Shown piece by piece: positions 31,779-41,175 of a stretch of 64,000 nt of DNA (position 1 is the stretch's first letter; each line of letters opens with the position of its first letter). Origin of the DNA: an uncultured Hyphomicrobiales bacterium (lineage in GTDB: Bacteria; Bacteroidota; Ignavibacteria; Kapaibacteriales; UBA2268). Location of the stretch: positions 72,646 to 136,645 of the forward strand of contig CAZJAH010000004.1 in NCBI GenBank assembly GCA_964544155.1, in the 5' to 3' direction. The notes under the pieces are model-generated. The model was not told the origin of the DNA. It made no database searches and worked only from the letters and a program-made list of their open reading frames with translations. The translations under genes were made by a program, and so were the position numbers.

Positions 31779-34700
31779 TTATTTCAAAATTAATATCCTT
31801 TTCGAATTGATAAGACTCCTGCCTTCATAAACATTCAGATAATAATGCCCTGAAGGAAGTGCGCCGGTATCAAAACTGATAAGGGTTTCCCCGGAGAAAT
31901 TCTTGTCACCGATCAATGCGGCTTTTCTTCCATAAAGATCATAAAGTTCAATCCTTATATGCTTCAATTTATCAGTAATGAAAGAGATATTAATCATTCC
32001 CGAGGCCGGATTAGGATAGGCCTCAAGCCCAATACTGTTTTGTATCGCAATATCTGGTTCTTCTATGCTAAGTGTGGTTTCAAAGCCGGCTATTTTGTAC
32101 AGGCCGCCGCCAAAATCGCTTATCCAGAAATTTTTGTCAGAAGGGTCATATTGTATTCCCCTAGCGTTAATTATACCATTTAGATTTTCCAGATTGATAC
32201 GCTCAAGTTCTTTCGCGGGATCGTTTTTATCCATTTTAATAATATAGGCGTTGGATAGCACATTGCCCGGGAATTCAGTGCATACCTGATAAATATATCG
32301 CTCGCCGTCATAGCATAATCCTCTGGGGCCTAAATTTGCCTGGCAGGGATTTTTCACCTTTCTTATAACCGATCCGTTATCTGGATTAACATAGTATAAC
32401 TCTCTGGCACCATCTCTTTCACCAAGAACAAGTGAGCCGTCAACTAACGCTACCCCTATGGGATATTTGCCTGCCGGGCTTGTGAACTCATCGAGCACAT
32501 TGCCGTTCGCATCCACTTTTAACAGTATTCCGTCAGAGGAAGGATTTGTGCTGTTTAGCTGATGTATGTAGAATATCCCATTTTCATTGTCTATGGCCAG
32601 ATCGGTTAAGAGGCTGTCAACGGGCAGATCAATCTGTTTAACAATACTAAAATCATTGGGGTGTATTTTGATCAGCTTATTATTGCGGAAGTTTGTAGTC
32701 CATATAAATCCCTCACTGTCTAATGTAATTCCATATGGCACATGCGATACATTCGATGTTTGCAATAAGGAGCCTTTTTTTCTTTGCTGAATAGTGAAAG
32801 TGTTAGTTATCAAAGTAGTGTTTTCATCATTTACTTTTATTCTGGCGAGATGAGTATTAACATTAGCTATTTCCCAATTCAGCCGGCTGCCCTCGGCGCT
32901 TTCATTTATCATCTGCCAGGTTTGGCCGTCATCGAAGCTTATTTCGACTTTAACGGGGCCATTAAAACCATACCATGAAATTAACTGTTCTAACCCTCCG
33001 ACAAGTATCTCGCCGCCGGCGGGATTGGTGATCTCCGGGCTGATAACAGTTTCTGAAGGAATTTCCACTTCCCAGATTGACCGCCCGTGTGTAGCCGCTC
33101 TGAGAGTTAGCTGAGGCAGTATAACTCTATCGAGATGAAACTCAAGGTCTACAACAGGGCTTCGAGTGAGATTTTTGCCATAGGGGAACCATGTACCACC
33201 ATCATCATAGCTCGCGTAAACTCCAATATCGGTTGCCACAAAAAGTGTGTGAGGGTCATCAGGGTGTATAACAATATCATTACAGGGCACATCGGGAAGA
33301 TTAGAACTAATGTTGACCCAGCTCGATCCTGCATCAGTTGTTTTAAATACGTGCGGTGTGCCGTATCCCGAAAATGTGATATATGCTGTTTTAAATTCAA
33401 AGTGCGAAGCTGTTATTGAACTTACATACCTATTGACAAGGCCGTTGGTATGGACTTCTTCCATATCAACATTTTCTCCGGTAAAAGTATATACTTCGCC
33501 CGTAGCCGTACCGGCATAAACAAGAAATTCTTCACCGTGCGCGGCATCAATAGATGTATAATAATCTTCAACAGGCTTTTCGGAGAATTTATACCATTCG
33601 TCGCCGAAATCAAAAGATATATAAAAATGCTTCCTGCCGTGATAAACAAATCCCTCATTATTTGGATCGGCCGCCAGAGGGGCGTGCCAGGAGGCGCCCT
33701 CAGTAGGATTTATTCCGGACATATTTATATTCATGGTATTTTGGCCCAGATCGAGTTTCCAGATTCTGCCATTAGGGAATTCTCCCAGTATGATATCCGG
33801 ATTTTGCTGATTTACAAGTACACTGAATCCGTCACCCCCTACATATATCCCCCAGTTATTTGTAAAATTCCCCAGTGTGCCGTTATCCTGAGTTCCTCCG
33901 TAATTCTGGCTTTGTTTGGAATTATCAATAGCAAAGGCGTAAAACTGCGTAATCGAAAGCCCTTCATTAATATCCTCGAAATGGCTGCCCATGTTGGTAC
34001 TGCGGTACATCCCGCCGTCATTTCCTATATACAGCTCATTTGGATTCATGGGATTAAACGCGCCGTGGTGCTGATCTACATGTACGTGCCCGCCGCCATA
34101 TCCGTTAGTGATATTATTCCAGGTTAAGCCTCCGTTCGTTGTTCTCCAAAGGTCGATACCTCCGGCAAAGCATATTTCCTGATTTGTAGGATGCGGCAGA
34201 ATATAATTATCATAAAATCCCTGGGCGTTAGGCCCGAAAATATCTATGTTCGGAGCTTTAGTTTCAAACCATCTTCCCGCGTGGTCATTCGAGCGGTATA
34301 TAGCACCGTCTCTATTGTCTCCTCTTTCCATAAGTGCGTAAAGTACCTCCGGATTCGATTTCGAAAACTGTACGGATACCCGCCTGATTGATTCCCAGCC
34401 AAGCCCGTTATTTTTTTCTTCCCAAGAATTTCCGCCGTCAGTACTCAGTAAAACTCCCAAACCGGAGACGCCGATGATGATCTCATTTTGCAGGTGCGGA
34501 TGCAATGAAAGGTCAGTTACAAAGCCGTCATACATTTTAATCCAGCTGCCTCCGGCATTAGTTGATTTATAAACGCCGCCATTACGCTTGCCCGCGCCTG
34601 CTATGACAAGATCGGAATTTAGCGGATGAACGTATATCTTAGAAAATGCACCCACATGTGATAATCCGGCCAAGAACCAGCTTTCGCCCGCGTCAGTAGA

Positions 34701-35234
34701 TTTATATACACCTGAACCAAGATAGGCGTCCACATTATTGCTGGCCTCGCCTGTAGCGGCGTAAAGTATGTCGGGATTAGCTGGGTCTATGGCAATCGAT
34801 CCGAAAGCTATAGAATTTTCATTATCAAATATGGGCCTCCATGACTGTCCTCTGTCTGTGGTTTTCCAGATGCCTCCGGCAGCAGCTCCGATATAAACAG
34901 TTCCTTCAATCGTTGGATGATGTGCTACAGATTTTACCCTGCCGCCTATATCAAAGGGGCCTATGTTCTTCCATTCCGGCTGCGCGGCCTGCAAATAAGC
35001 CGAAGAATACTTGTATTTGTAAACTAATTTGTCTTCCTGTTCAATGGCGTTTAGTCTTTGTTCCTGGCTTATCCGGTTAAAGGGATAGGCCCTTTGGCCG
35101 ATGAAATCCAAGGCTCTCATGAGAGGCTTAGGATGTTCATACTTGGATTTGTCTTCCTTAAGCTCTTCGGATTGCTGTCCGAAAGCGCTATAGGAGGATA
35201 GCAGCAATAGAATAATTAAATAGATTTTCCCCAT
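31779..35234 (-). CDS. secreted BNR/Asp-box repeat (sortilin/GH74-like beta-propeller) protein with T9SS CTD (1151 aa)
   Basis: Signal peptide. Seven or more S/T-x-D-x-G-x-T/S-W repeats (TTDRGQSW, STDAGESW, STNAGGSW, STDGGNSW, SNDHAGRW, TTNGGLTW ...). C-terminal ...LPSGHYYLNVYEGRSLINSKRILILK is CTD-like. Confidence 0.7.
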   Translation of the reverse strand: MGKIYLIILLLLSSYSAFGQQSEELKEDKSKYEHPKPLMRALDFIGQRAYPFNRISQEQRLNAIEQEDKLVYKYKYSSAYLQAAQPEWKNIGPFDIGGRVKSVAHHPTIEGTVYIGAAAGGIWKTTDRGQSWRPIFDNENSIAFGSIAIDPANPDILYAATGEASNNVDAYLGSGVYKSTDAGESWFLAGLSHVGAFSKIYVHPLNSDLVIAGAGKRNGGVYKSTNAGGSWIKMYDGFVTDLSLHPHLQNEIIIGVSGLGVLLSTDGGNSWEEKNNGLGWESIRRVSVQFSKSNPEVLYALMERGDNRDGAIYRSNDHAGRWFETKAPNIDIFGPNAQGFYDNYILPHPTNQEICFAGGIDLWRTTNGGLTWNNITNGYGGGHVHVDQHHGAFNPMNPNELYIGNDGGMYRSTNMGSHFEDINEGLSITQFYAFAIDNSKQSQNYGGTQDNGTLGNFTNNWGIYVGGDGFSVLVNQQNPDIILGEFPNGRIWKLDLGQNTMNINMSGINPTEGASWHAPLAADPNNEGFVYHGRKHFYISFDFGDEWYKFSEKPVEDYYTSIDAAHGEEFLVYAGTATGEVYTFTGENVDMEEVHTNGLVNRYVSSITASHFEFKTAYITFSGYGTPHVFKTTDAGSSWVNISSNLPDVPCNDIVIHPDDPHTLFVATDIGVYASYDDGGTWFPYGKNLTRSPVVDLEFHLDRVILPQLTLRAATHGRSIWEVEIPSETVISPEITNPAGGEILVGGLEQLISWYGFNGPVKVEISFDDGQTWQMINESAEGSRLNWEIANVNTHLARIKVNDENTTLITNTFTIQQRKKGSLLQTSNVSHVPYGITLDSEGFIWTTNFRNNKLIKIHPNDFSIVKQIDLPVDSLLTDLAIDNENGIFYIHQLNSTNPSSDGILLKVDANGNVLDEFTSPAGKYPIGVALVDGSLVLGERDGARELYYVNPDNGSVIRKVKNPCQANLGPRGLCYDGERYIYQVCTEFPGNVLSNAYIIKMDKNDPAKELERINLENLNGIINARGIQYDPSDKNFWISDFGGGLYKIAGFETTLSIEEPDIAIQNSIGLEAYPNPASGMINISFITDKLKHIRIELYDLYGRKAALIGDKNFSGETLISFDTGALPSGHYYLNVYEGRSLINSKRILILK

Positions 35235-35353
35235 TTTAAGTCTCCATCAATAAAAATATATCAATCCACATTATAATATTATTTATAATGAAATAAATTA
35301 TTGGGATAAAAACAAGAAGTATTTTATTACTGGCATAAAATAGAGAGATTATC

Positions 35354-35890
35354 TCAATCCAATAAACTATAAACTGGCCCTTTTGATGTGTTCACGCTTT
35401 TTATGAGTGATATCCGGAATCGCGGCATCATACCGAAGTCGTGATCCTTGTAAGCTCCGGCTGCTTTTTTGAATTCTTTAGCGGAATATTCTTTTATTCT
35501 GACTAATGTGAGGTGGGGAGTAAAATCGCGTTTGTCTTTCTCAAAGCCGAATTTATAAAGTTTTTCATCGATACCGGCATGGAGCTTTTTAACTAGGTTA
35601 TCTTCAGAATAAACTCCGGCGAACATTACTTTAGGGCGGCTTAGCGACGGAAACGCTGAAATACCCCTGAATTGCAGGAAAGCATTGTATTCAGTAAGCA
35701 GGGGAGATAAGTCGTCTTTTATTTCAGAAGCTTTATCTTCATTCACTTCCCCCAGGAATTTATAAGTGAAATGCAGGTTCTCTAATTCTACCCATTTTCC
35801 TCTTAGTGATTCACTGAAATTATCCTTCAGCTCGGGATATATAATCTCGAATAAGGAGCTGTCCGCGAATGTGCCAATGAATAATCTCAT
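35354..35890 (-). CDS. thpR: RNA 2',3'-cyclic phosphodiesterase / 2'-5' RNA ligase family (2H phosphoesterase)
   Basis: Two H-x-T/S-x motifs (HFTYKFLG and HLTLVRI). 178 aa. Confidence 0.7.
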   Translation of the reverse strand: MRLFIGTFADSSLFEIIYPELKDNFSESLRGKWVELENLHFTYKFLGEVNEDKASEIKDDLSPLLTEYNAFLQFRGISAFPSLSRPKVMFAGVYSEDNLVKKLHAGIDEKLYKFGFEKDKRDFTPHLTLVRIKEYSAKEFKKAAGAYKDHDFGMMPRFRISLIKSVNTSKGPVYSLLD

Positions 35891-35944
35891 ATCACTAAAT
35901 GAAAAAACAGGCCCCGGTTTTGGGCCGGGGCTTTATGCCAAAAA

Positions 35945-37258
35945 TTATGTTCCCGCCTTGTAATCACTAATATAGTGAAGCTGTTCGGGAGTTAATTTAT
36001 CCAGTTTTGTCCCCATCATTTCGAGCTTTGTCTTAGCGATGTATTCATCCTGCTCTTCGGGCAGGTCGATAACTTCGTTAGGAAGTTTTTCGCCTGCTTT
36101 GTGCTTTTCTAGCAAGAGCAGATGTGACATAAATTGATTTGCGAAGGACATATCCATTACCTCTGAGGGATGGCCTTCAGCAGCGGCAAGGTTTACGAGC
36201 CGTCCCTGGGCCAGAACGAAAATCTTTTTACCGTTTTTAAGAGTATATTCTTCGCAGTTATTCCTGATCTGACGTTTTGATTCGGTTATCTCTTCAAGGT
36301 CTTTCAGGTTAATTTCTGCGTCGTAGTGGCCTGTATTACAAACAATGGCGCCGTCTTTCATGCTTTCGAAATGGCGTTTAACGATAACGTCCTTAACTCC
36401 CGTAGCTGTAACGAATATATCTCCGACCTTTGCTGCTTCGTCCATTGTCATTGCTTCATGGCCTTCAAGTGTAGCTTTTAGAGCTGCAGTCGGCTTAACT
36501 TCCGTGATAATCGAATTGGCTCCGAGGCCTTTTGCCCTTTTTGCAACACCTGAACCGCAATGCCCGTGGCCGGCTACAACGAAGTTCTTACCTGCTATAA
36601 GCACTGATGTAGCCCTGAGGATACCGTCAATCGTCGATTGTCCTGTACCGTAAACGTTATCAAAATCCCACTTGGTTTCAGCGTCGTTCACCGCCATAAC
36701 GGGATAGTAGAGAGCGTTAGATTTTGCCCTTGCGCGGAGCCTCTGTATGCCGGTGGTGGTTTCTTCCGTGCCTCCGATTACGTATTCGCGGGCCATCTGC
36801 TCATGATTTTCGTGCATAGTATTGATCAGGTCGCATCCGTCATCTAGTGTCAGATGGGGTTTCTGGTCAATAGTCCTTTCAATGCACCAGTAAAAATCTT
36901 CGTGATTGGCGTACCACGCAAAGATTGAAATACCGTCTGCCGCGAGCGCTGCTGCTACAGCATCATGGGTTGAAAGGGGGTTACATCCCGACCATGTTAC
37001 TTTGGCGCCTGCTGCTTCGAGAGTTTTGATAAGCACGGCGGTTTCTTTGGTAACATGCAGGCAGCCTGCAATGGTATAGCCTTCAAAGGGCCTGGTTTTA
37101 CTGTATTTTTCTCTCAGGTTCATGAGCACGGGCATTCTGGATTCTGCCCAGTCAATAAGCCTTTTGCCTTCGTCGGCAAGCGATATATCTCTTACGCAAT
37201 ACTGTCCCGGTACTTCGGAAAAATTGCCTGTCGCTTTTTTGGGTGGATAATCAGCCAT
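35945..37258 (-). CDS. ahcY: adenosylhomocysteinase
   Basis: 437 aa. NAD-binding GxGxxG (VAGHGHCGSGVA) and conserved SAHH blocks throughout. Confidence 0.9.
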   Translation of the reverse strand: MADYPPKKATGNFSEVPGQYCVRDISLADEGKRLIDWAESRMPVLMNLREKYSKTRPFEGYTIAGCLHVTKETAVLIKTLEAAGAKVTWSGCNPLSTHDAVAAALAADGISIFAWYANHEDFYWCIERTIDQKPHLTLDDGCDLINTMHENHEQMAREYVIGGTEETTTGIQRLRARAKSNALYYPVMAVNDAETKWDFDNVYGTGQSTIDGILRATSVLIAGKNFVVAGHGHCGSGVAKRAKGLGANSIITEVKPTAALKATLEGHEAMTMDEAAKVGDIFVTATGVKDVIVKRHFESMKDGAIVCNTGHYDAEINLKDLEEITESKRQIRNNCEEYTLKNGKKIFVLAQGRLVNLAAAEGHPSEVMDMSFANQFMSHLLLLEKHKAGEKLPNEVIDLPEEQDEYIAKTKLEMMGTKLDKLTPEQLHYISDYKAGT

Positions 37259-37280
37259 AATATTTTTTTCCTTTACTTTA

Positions 37281-38429
37281 TCATCCGAAATGTTTCTTTA
37301 AATCATCAACTAAATCAAGTTTTTCCCATGGGAATTCATCTCTTCCGAAATGCCCGTAAGCGGCCGTAGGCCTGTAAATGGGTTTTCTCAGGTTAAATCG
37401 TTCGATTATGCCTGAAGGAGTCAGTTCAAAATGTTTATGAATATATTCAGCAATCTCATGATCGGTTTTTTTCGAACTTCCGCGAGTATCCAGGTGTATG
37501 GATATCGGGTCTTTCACGCCTATAGCGTATGACAGCTGTATCGTACATTCTTTAGCTATTTCCGCCGCAACGATATTCTTTGCGATATGACGCGCGGCGT
37601 AAGCTCCCGAACGGTCTACTTTCGTGGGGTCTTTCCCCGAAAAAGCGCCACCGCCGTGAGGGGCTCTACCGCCGTAAGTATCTACAATGATCTTTCTGCC
37701 GGTAAGGCCTGTATCGCCATGCGGCCCTCCGATTACGAATTTTCCGGTAGGGTTTACATGGTATTTCGTATTCTTATCCAGGTATTTTCCCGGAATAATT
37801 TCATTTATAACATATTTAAGCAGGTCTTCTTTTATTTGCTCCTGGGTTACGTCTTCATCATGCTGTGTGGAGATAACAACCGTATCTACCCTGACAATTT
37901 CATCATTATCATTATACTCTATGGTAACCTGCGATTTAGCGTCCGGCCTCAGATAGGGCATGAGTTGGTTATCATTTTTTCTTATATCGGCAAGCTTCTG
38001 TACCAGTTTATGGGCGTACATCAGCGGGGCCGGCATCAGCTCAGGGGTTTCATTGCAGGCATACCCGAACATAATGCCCTGATCTCCTGCGCCGCCTGTT
38101 TCCACACCCTGCCATATATCCTGGCTTTGGTGATTGATTACGTTTACAACAGAGCAGGATTCCGAGTCGAACCTGTAACCTGCCTTTGTATATCCTATAT
38201 CCTTTATGACGCCCCTGACTATAGTCTGAAGATCAATATAAGTATCGGTAGTGATCTCGCCGCCAACGACGATCATACCTGTGCTGGCGAAACATTCGCA
38301 AGCCACGCGGCTGTAGGGATCGTCTTTGAGCATGGCGTCAAGCACCGCGTCTGACACCTGATCGCATATCTTGTCGGGGTGCCCTTCAGATACCGATTCT
38401 GAGGTAAAGAAATAGTTATGTTTTTTCAT
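37281..38429 (-). CDS. metK: S-adenosylmethionine synthetase
   Basis: [43 protein letters not shown]. The start is taken as the ATG at 38429 ([20 protein letters not shown]); the listed ORF start at 38522 would overlap the upstream gene. Confidence 0.9.
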   Translation of the reverse strand: MKKHNYFFTSESVSEGHPDKICDQVSDAVLDAMLKDDPYSRVACECFASTGMIVVGGEITTDTYIDLQTIVRGVIKDIGYTKAGYRFDSESCSVVNVINHQSQDIWQGVETGGAGDQGIMFGYACNETPELMPAPLMYAHKLVQKLADIRKNDNQLMPYLRPDAKSQVTIEYNDNDEIVRVDTVVISTQHDEDVTQEQIKEDLLKYVINEIIPGKYLDKNTKYHVNPTGKFVIGGPHGDTGLTGRKIIVDTYGGRAPHGGGAFSGKDPTKVDRSGAYAARHIAKNIVAAEIAKECTIQLSYAIGVKDPISIHLDTRGSSKKTDHEIAEYIHKHFELTPSGIIERFNLRKPIYRPTAAYGHFGRDEFPWEKLDLVDDLKKHFG

Positions 38430-38454
38430 TCGTATGTATCCTGTCAAAAATAGA

Positions 38455-39435
38455 TTAACTTCTGTCAATTTCGCTTGAGCTGCCCACATTGAAGCTGTGG
38501 AAATGCCCATTAACAATGGCATGATTGCCGATTATCGATTTTTCCAGCAAAGAAAGCGACACATTCGCTCCGTTGCTTAATATGGAATTGCGCACTATGC
38601 TGTCCTGTACGCGTCCGCCATCGGCAACTGTTACATAAGGCCCGACAACTGAGTTGACAATTTTGGCATCGGGAGCAATATGGCAGGGCGGTATAATCAC
38701 AGAGCCTTCAATTTTATATTCTTTAGGGAATTTATCGAGAAGGTAGCGGTTTGTGCTCAGCAGGGTTTCGCGTTTGCCGCAGTCGTACCAGCCTTCTACC
38801 CTGAATGTTTTGAATTTTTCGCCTTTTTCGATCATTATTTGCAGAGCGTCTGTGAGCTGATATTCGCCTCTGGTTTTAATGTCTTTAACTATCAGATCCT
38901 CAAGGCTTTCTCTAAGCAGAACCGGGTTAGTGATATAATAAATGCCAACCAGCGCGAGCTTTGAAATAGGTTCTTCGGGCTTTTCTACCATCCTGGTAAC
39001 GTTTCCGTCGTCATCAAGCAAAACTACTCCGAACCTTCTCTGATCTTCAACTTTTTTTACTCCGAGAGAGCTGCCGCCGGATATACGGGCAAGGCTCAGG
39101 TCAACATCAAATACTGTATCGCCGAGAATTATCATCAATGGGTCATTGCCGAATGTGTCTCTGGCAGACCAGATAGCATGGCCGAGGCCTTTGGCTTCTT
39201 CCTGCTCAACAAAATCGACTTCCATATCGGAGTATCTTTCTTTAACGAAATCGATGACCATCTCTCCCATATAGCCGTAAACTATCGAGGCTTTTTTAAT
39301 TCCCTGCTCTTTGAGCGCATCGAGTATGTGTGCTAAAATCGGTTTGCCTGCTACGTTAAGTAATACTTTTGGCAATGTGTAAGTATGGGGGCGCAATCTT
39401 GTTCCTACTCCTGCTACCGGAATTACTGCTCTCAT
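38455..39435 (-). CDS. sugar-phosphate nucleotidyltransferase with C-terminal left-handed beta-helix (G1P thymidylyl/uridylyl-transferase-like)
   Basis: N-terminal [32 protein letters not shown] (NTP_transferase signature). Hexapeptide-repeat-like C-terminus. Confidence 0.7.
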   Translation of the reverse strand: MRAVIPVAGVGTRLRPHTYTLPKVLLNVAGKPILAHILDALKEQGIKKASIVYGYMGEMVIDFVKERYSDMEVDFVEQEEAKGLGHAIWSARDTFGNDPLMIILGDTVFDVDLSLARISGGSSLGVKKVEDQRRFGVVLLDDDGNVTRMVEKPEEPISKLALVGIYYITNPVLLRESLEDLIVKDIKTRGEYQLTDALQIMIEKGEKFKTFRVEGWYDCGKRETLLSTNRYLLDKFPKEYKIEGSVIIPPCHIAPDAKIVNSVVGPYVTVADGGRVQDSIVRNSILSNGANVSLSLLEKSIIGNHAIVNGHFHSFNVGSSSEIDRS

Positions 39436-39739
39436 AATGATTTCTTATTTTATTTTGAAAAACTTAGGAATACCAAAAATACGATTTATTGCTCTTATAA
39501 AAAAAAGCTAACTGGATATGTAACGAAAAGATGGCCTTTCAATTTGAAATATTCAGGAAATTGATGAGATGAATGAATAAGGAGGAGTTTGGCCGCTCAA
39601 AGCAGCAAAAAGCGAGGAGCATAAGGATTCATCACGTAAAGGCGCAAAAAGTGCGGCTATAAATTGCCGCGCGCATATTACCTGATATTTGGAAAATATT
39701 TTATTTAGTCATTTAATTGACTGTTTCCGGTTCAACTTA

Positions 39740-40038
39740 TTTCGGCAATTCGCCGTTTATGATTTTTTCAATTTTTTCTATATCCTGCGCTAATTTACTT
39801 TCTAAACCGGACGAATACCTGAATCCTAATGAATTTCTTAGTGACCTTAATCTTTCTTTAGTCCTCCAGTAAATGAAGGTTCCGATCGGGTATCCTTTAA
39901 TGATACTGTCTAATAGCTTTGCTGAAGACTAAGAATCCCAAACAAATTTTCTTTGAAATTGCGGAATTTTTACCTTGCCTTTTTCAATTTCGCCAATTAG
40001 GTCAGAATAATTGACGGAGATATTTTCTGAGGATGTCA
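39740..40038 (-). pseudogene. truncated/frameshifted remnant of a DUF262 (GmrSD-like, ParB-nuclease-domain) gene
   Basis: Minus strand encodes MTSSENISVNYSDLIGEIEKGKVKIPQFQRKFVWDS* and then, in another frame, ...AKLLDSIIKGYPIGTFIYWRTKERLRSL...* . This matches the DUF262 N-terminal signature (IP.FQR.YVW ... LLDSI..GYPIG.I.LW) but lacks the DGQQR motif and the rest of the protein. No ORF of 60 aa or more remains. Confidence 0.45.
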
Positions 40039-40092
40039 TAATTATTTATAGTAATTTTTGGAATATAATTTGGCTGGTAAAATAAAATGGCC

Positions 40093-40431
40093 TTAATAAT
40101 CCAAGCCTTTTTCTTTTAGTAAACGCATTTTATGATCGATTTTGGATAGCTTTTGCGATACTGCTTTGCCAAGGTCTATTCCGCGAGAATTGGAATAATT
40201 CATTAGCGCGATGAATACATCGGCAGCTTCATCGGCAAGAGCGTCATGCGGTATCTCTTTACCTTTCCATTTCTTTTTTTCGAGGTTTGCCAGTTCTCCC
40301 GCCTCGCCGTTTAATTCGAGGCAGAAGAACTCGCCTGTCCTTTCAGGAAAAAAAGCTTTCTGATAATTATCAAAAGCCTGCTGTAAGTTATTTAAGGAAT
40401 CATTGGATAATTCCTGCAACTTCTTAGCCAT
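40093..40431 (-). CDS. small MazG-like nucleoside-triphosphate pyrophosphohydrolase domain protein (112 aa)
   Basis: LELNGEAGELANL...E..DALADEAADVFIALMNYSNSRGIDL fits the E..GE...E..D metal-binding pattern of YpjD/MazG-like NTP-PPases. The start is 2 nt after the response-regulator stop. Confidence 0.55.
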   Translation of the reverse strand: MAKKLQELSNDSLNNLQQAFDNYQKAFFPERTGEFFCLELNGEAGELANLEKKKWKGKEIPHDALADEAADVFIALMNYSNSRGIDLGKAVSQKLSKIDHKMRLLKEKGLDY

Positions 40432-40432
40432 A

Positions 40433-41131
40433 TTAATCTTTCGATCTGTCTTCTTCTTCGCTTGTTTCTCTCATTCTATATCCGACCCCTCTTATACTCT
40501 GAATTAAGGGTTTTGTGTCGTCGGATTCGATTTTTGACCTAAGCCTTTTGATATAAACATCGATTATGTTTGATTCCGGATCGAAATTATGCTTCCACAC
40601 ATGCTGTGTAATGGTACTTCTGCTGAGTATCCTGTTTTTGTTTCTCATAAGATATTCAAGCAGCGCGTATTCCTTAGTTGTAAGCTCAATTTCTTTACCG
40701 AACCTGTAAGCGAGGTGTGAAACCGTATCGAGCGTTAGATCACCGCAGCGGAGTTTGGTTGATTTTTCAGGGCTTGATCTCCTGAGTATCGATCTGAGCC
40801 TTGCTGCCAGTTCTTCAAAGCTGAAAGGCTTAGGCAGGTAATCATCAGCTCCGAGGTCCAGGCCTTCTACTCTGTCTTCAGTGGTTCCGCGTGCCGTGAG
40901 CATAAGAATAGGTGTAGATACTCCGGAATCTCTTAATTCTTTTAATACTGTAAAGCCGTCTTTTCCGGGAAGCATAACATCAAGCAAAATAGCGTCAAAG
41001 TGGTTGTTCATTGCCATATCAAGGCCTGTGATACCGTCGGACGCGGTTTCGACTATATATCTTTCCTCTTCGAGGCCGTGCTTTATAAAATTAGCCACCT
41101 TTCGCTCATCTTCAACAACAAGTATTCTCAT
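40433..41131 (-). CDS. OmpR-family two-component response regulator (REC + winged-helix)
   Basis: MRILVVEDE...DAILLDVMLPGKDG...ADDYLPKPFSFEEL + C-terminal trans_reg_C (...IIDVYIKRLRSKIE...IQSIRGVGYRM). No cognate kinase adjacent. Confidence 0.85.
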   Translation of the reverse strand: MRILVVEDERKVANFIKHGLEEERYIVETASDGITGLDMAMNNHFDAILLDVMLPGKDGFTVLKELRDSGVSTPILMLTARGTTEDRVEGLDLGADDYLPKPFSFEELAARLRSILRRSSPEKSTKLRCGDLTLDTVSHLAYRFGKEIELTTKEYALLEYLMRNKNRILSRSTITQHVWKHNFDPESNIIDVYIKRLRSKIESDDTKPLIQSIRGVGYRMRETSEEEDRSKD

Positions 41132-41175
41132 CTTAATTATTCTCCCTGAACAAAATACAAATTTATTATTATTAA

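Noticed and set aside
33450-34127. 225-aa plus-strand ORF
   Set aside because: Entirely antisense to the 1151-aa BNR/CTD gene, which has coherent repeat motifs. Ile/Phe-rich shadow-frame composition.
37587-38354. 255-aa plus-strand ORF
   Set aside because: Antisense shadow of metK, whose motifs are unambiguous on the minus strand.
39590-39680. Strong Shine-Dalgarno-like aaggaggag followed by an 11-codon ORF and gcaaaaag[ct]g repeats
   Set aside because: Too short to call a gene. Interpreted as debris of the decayed DUF262 locus.
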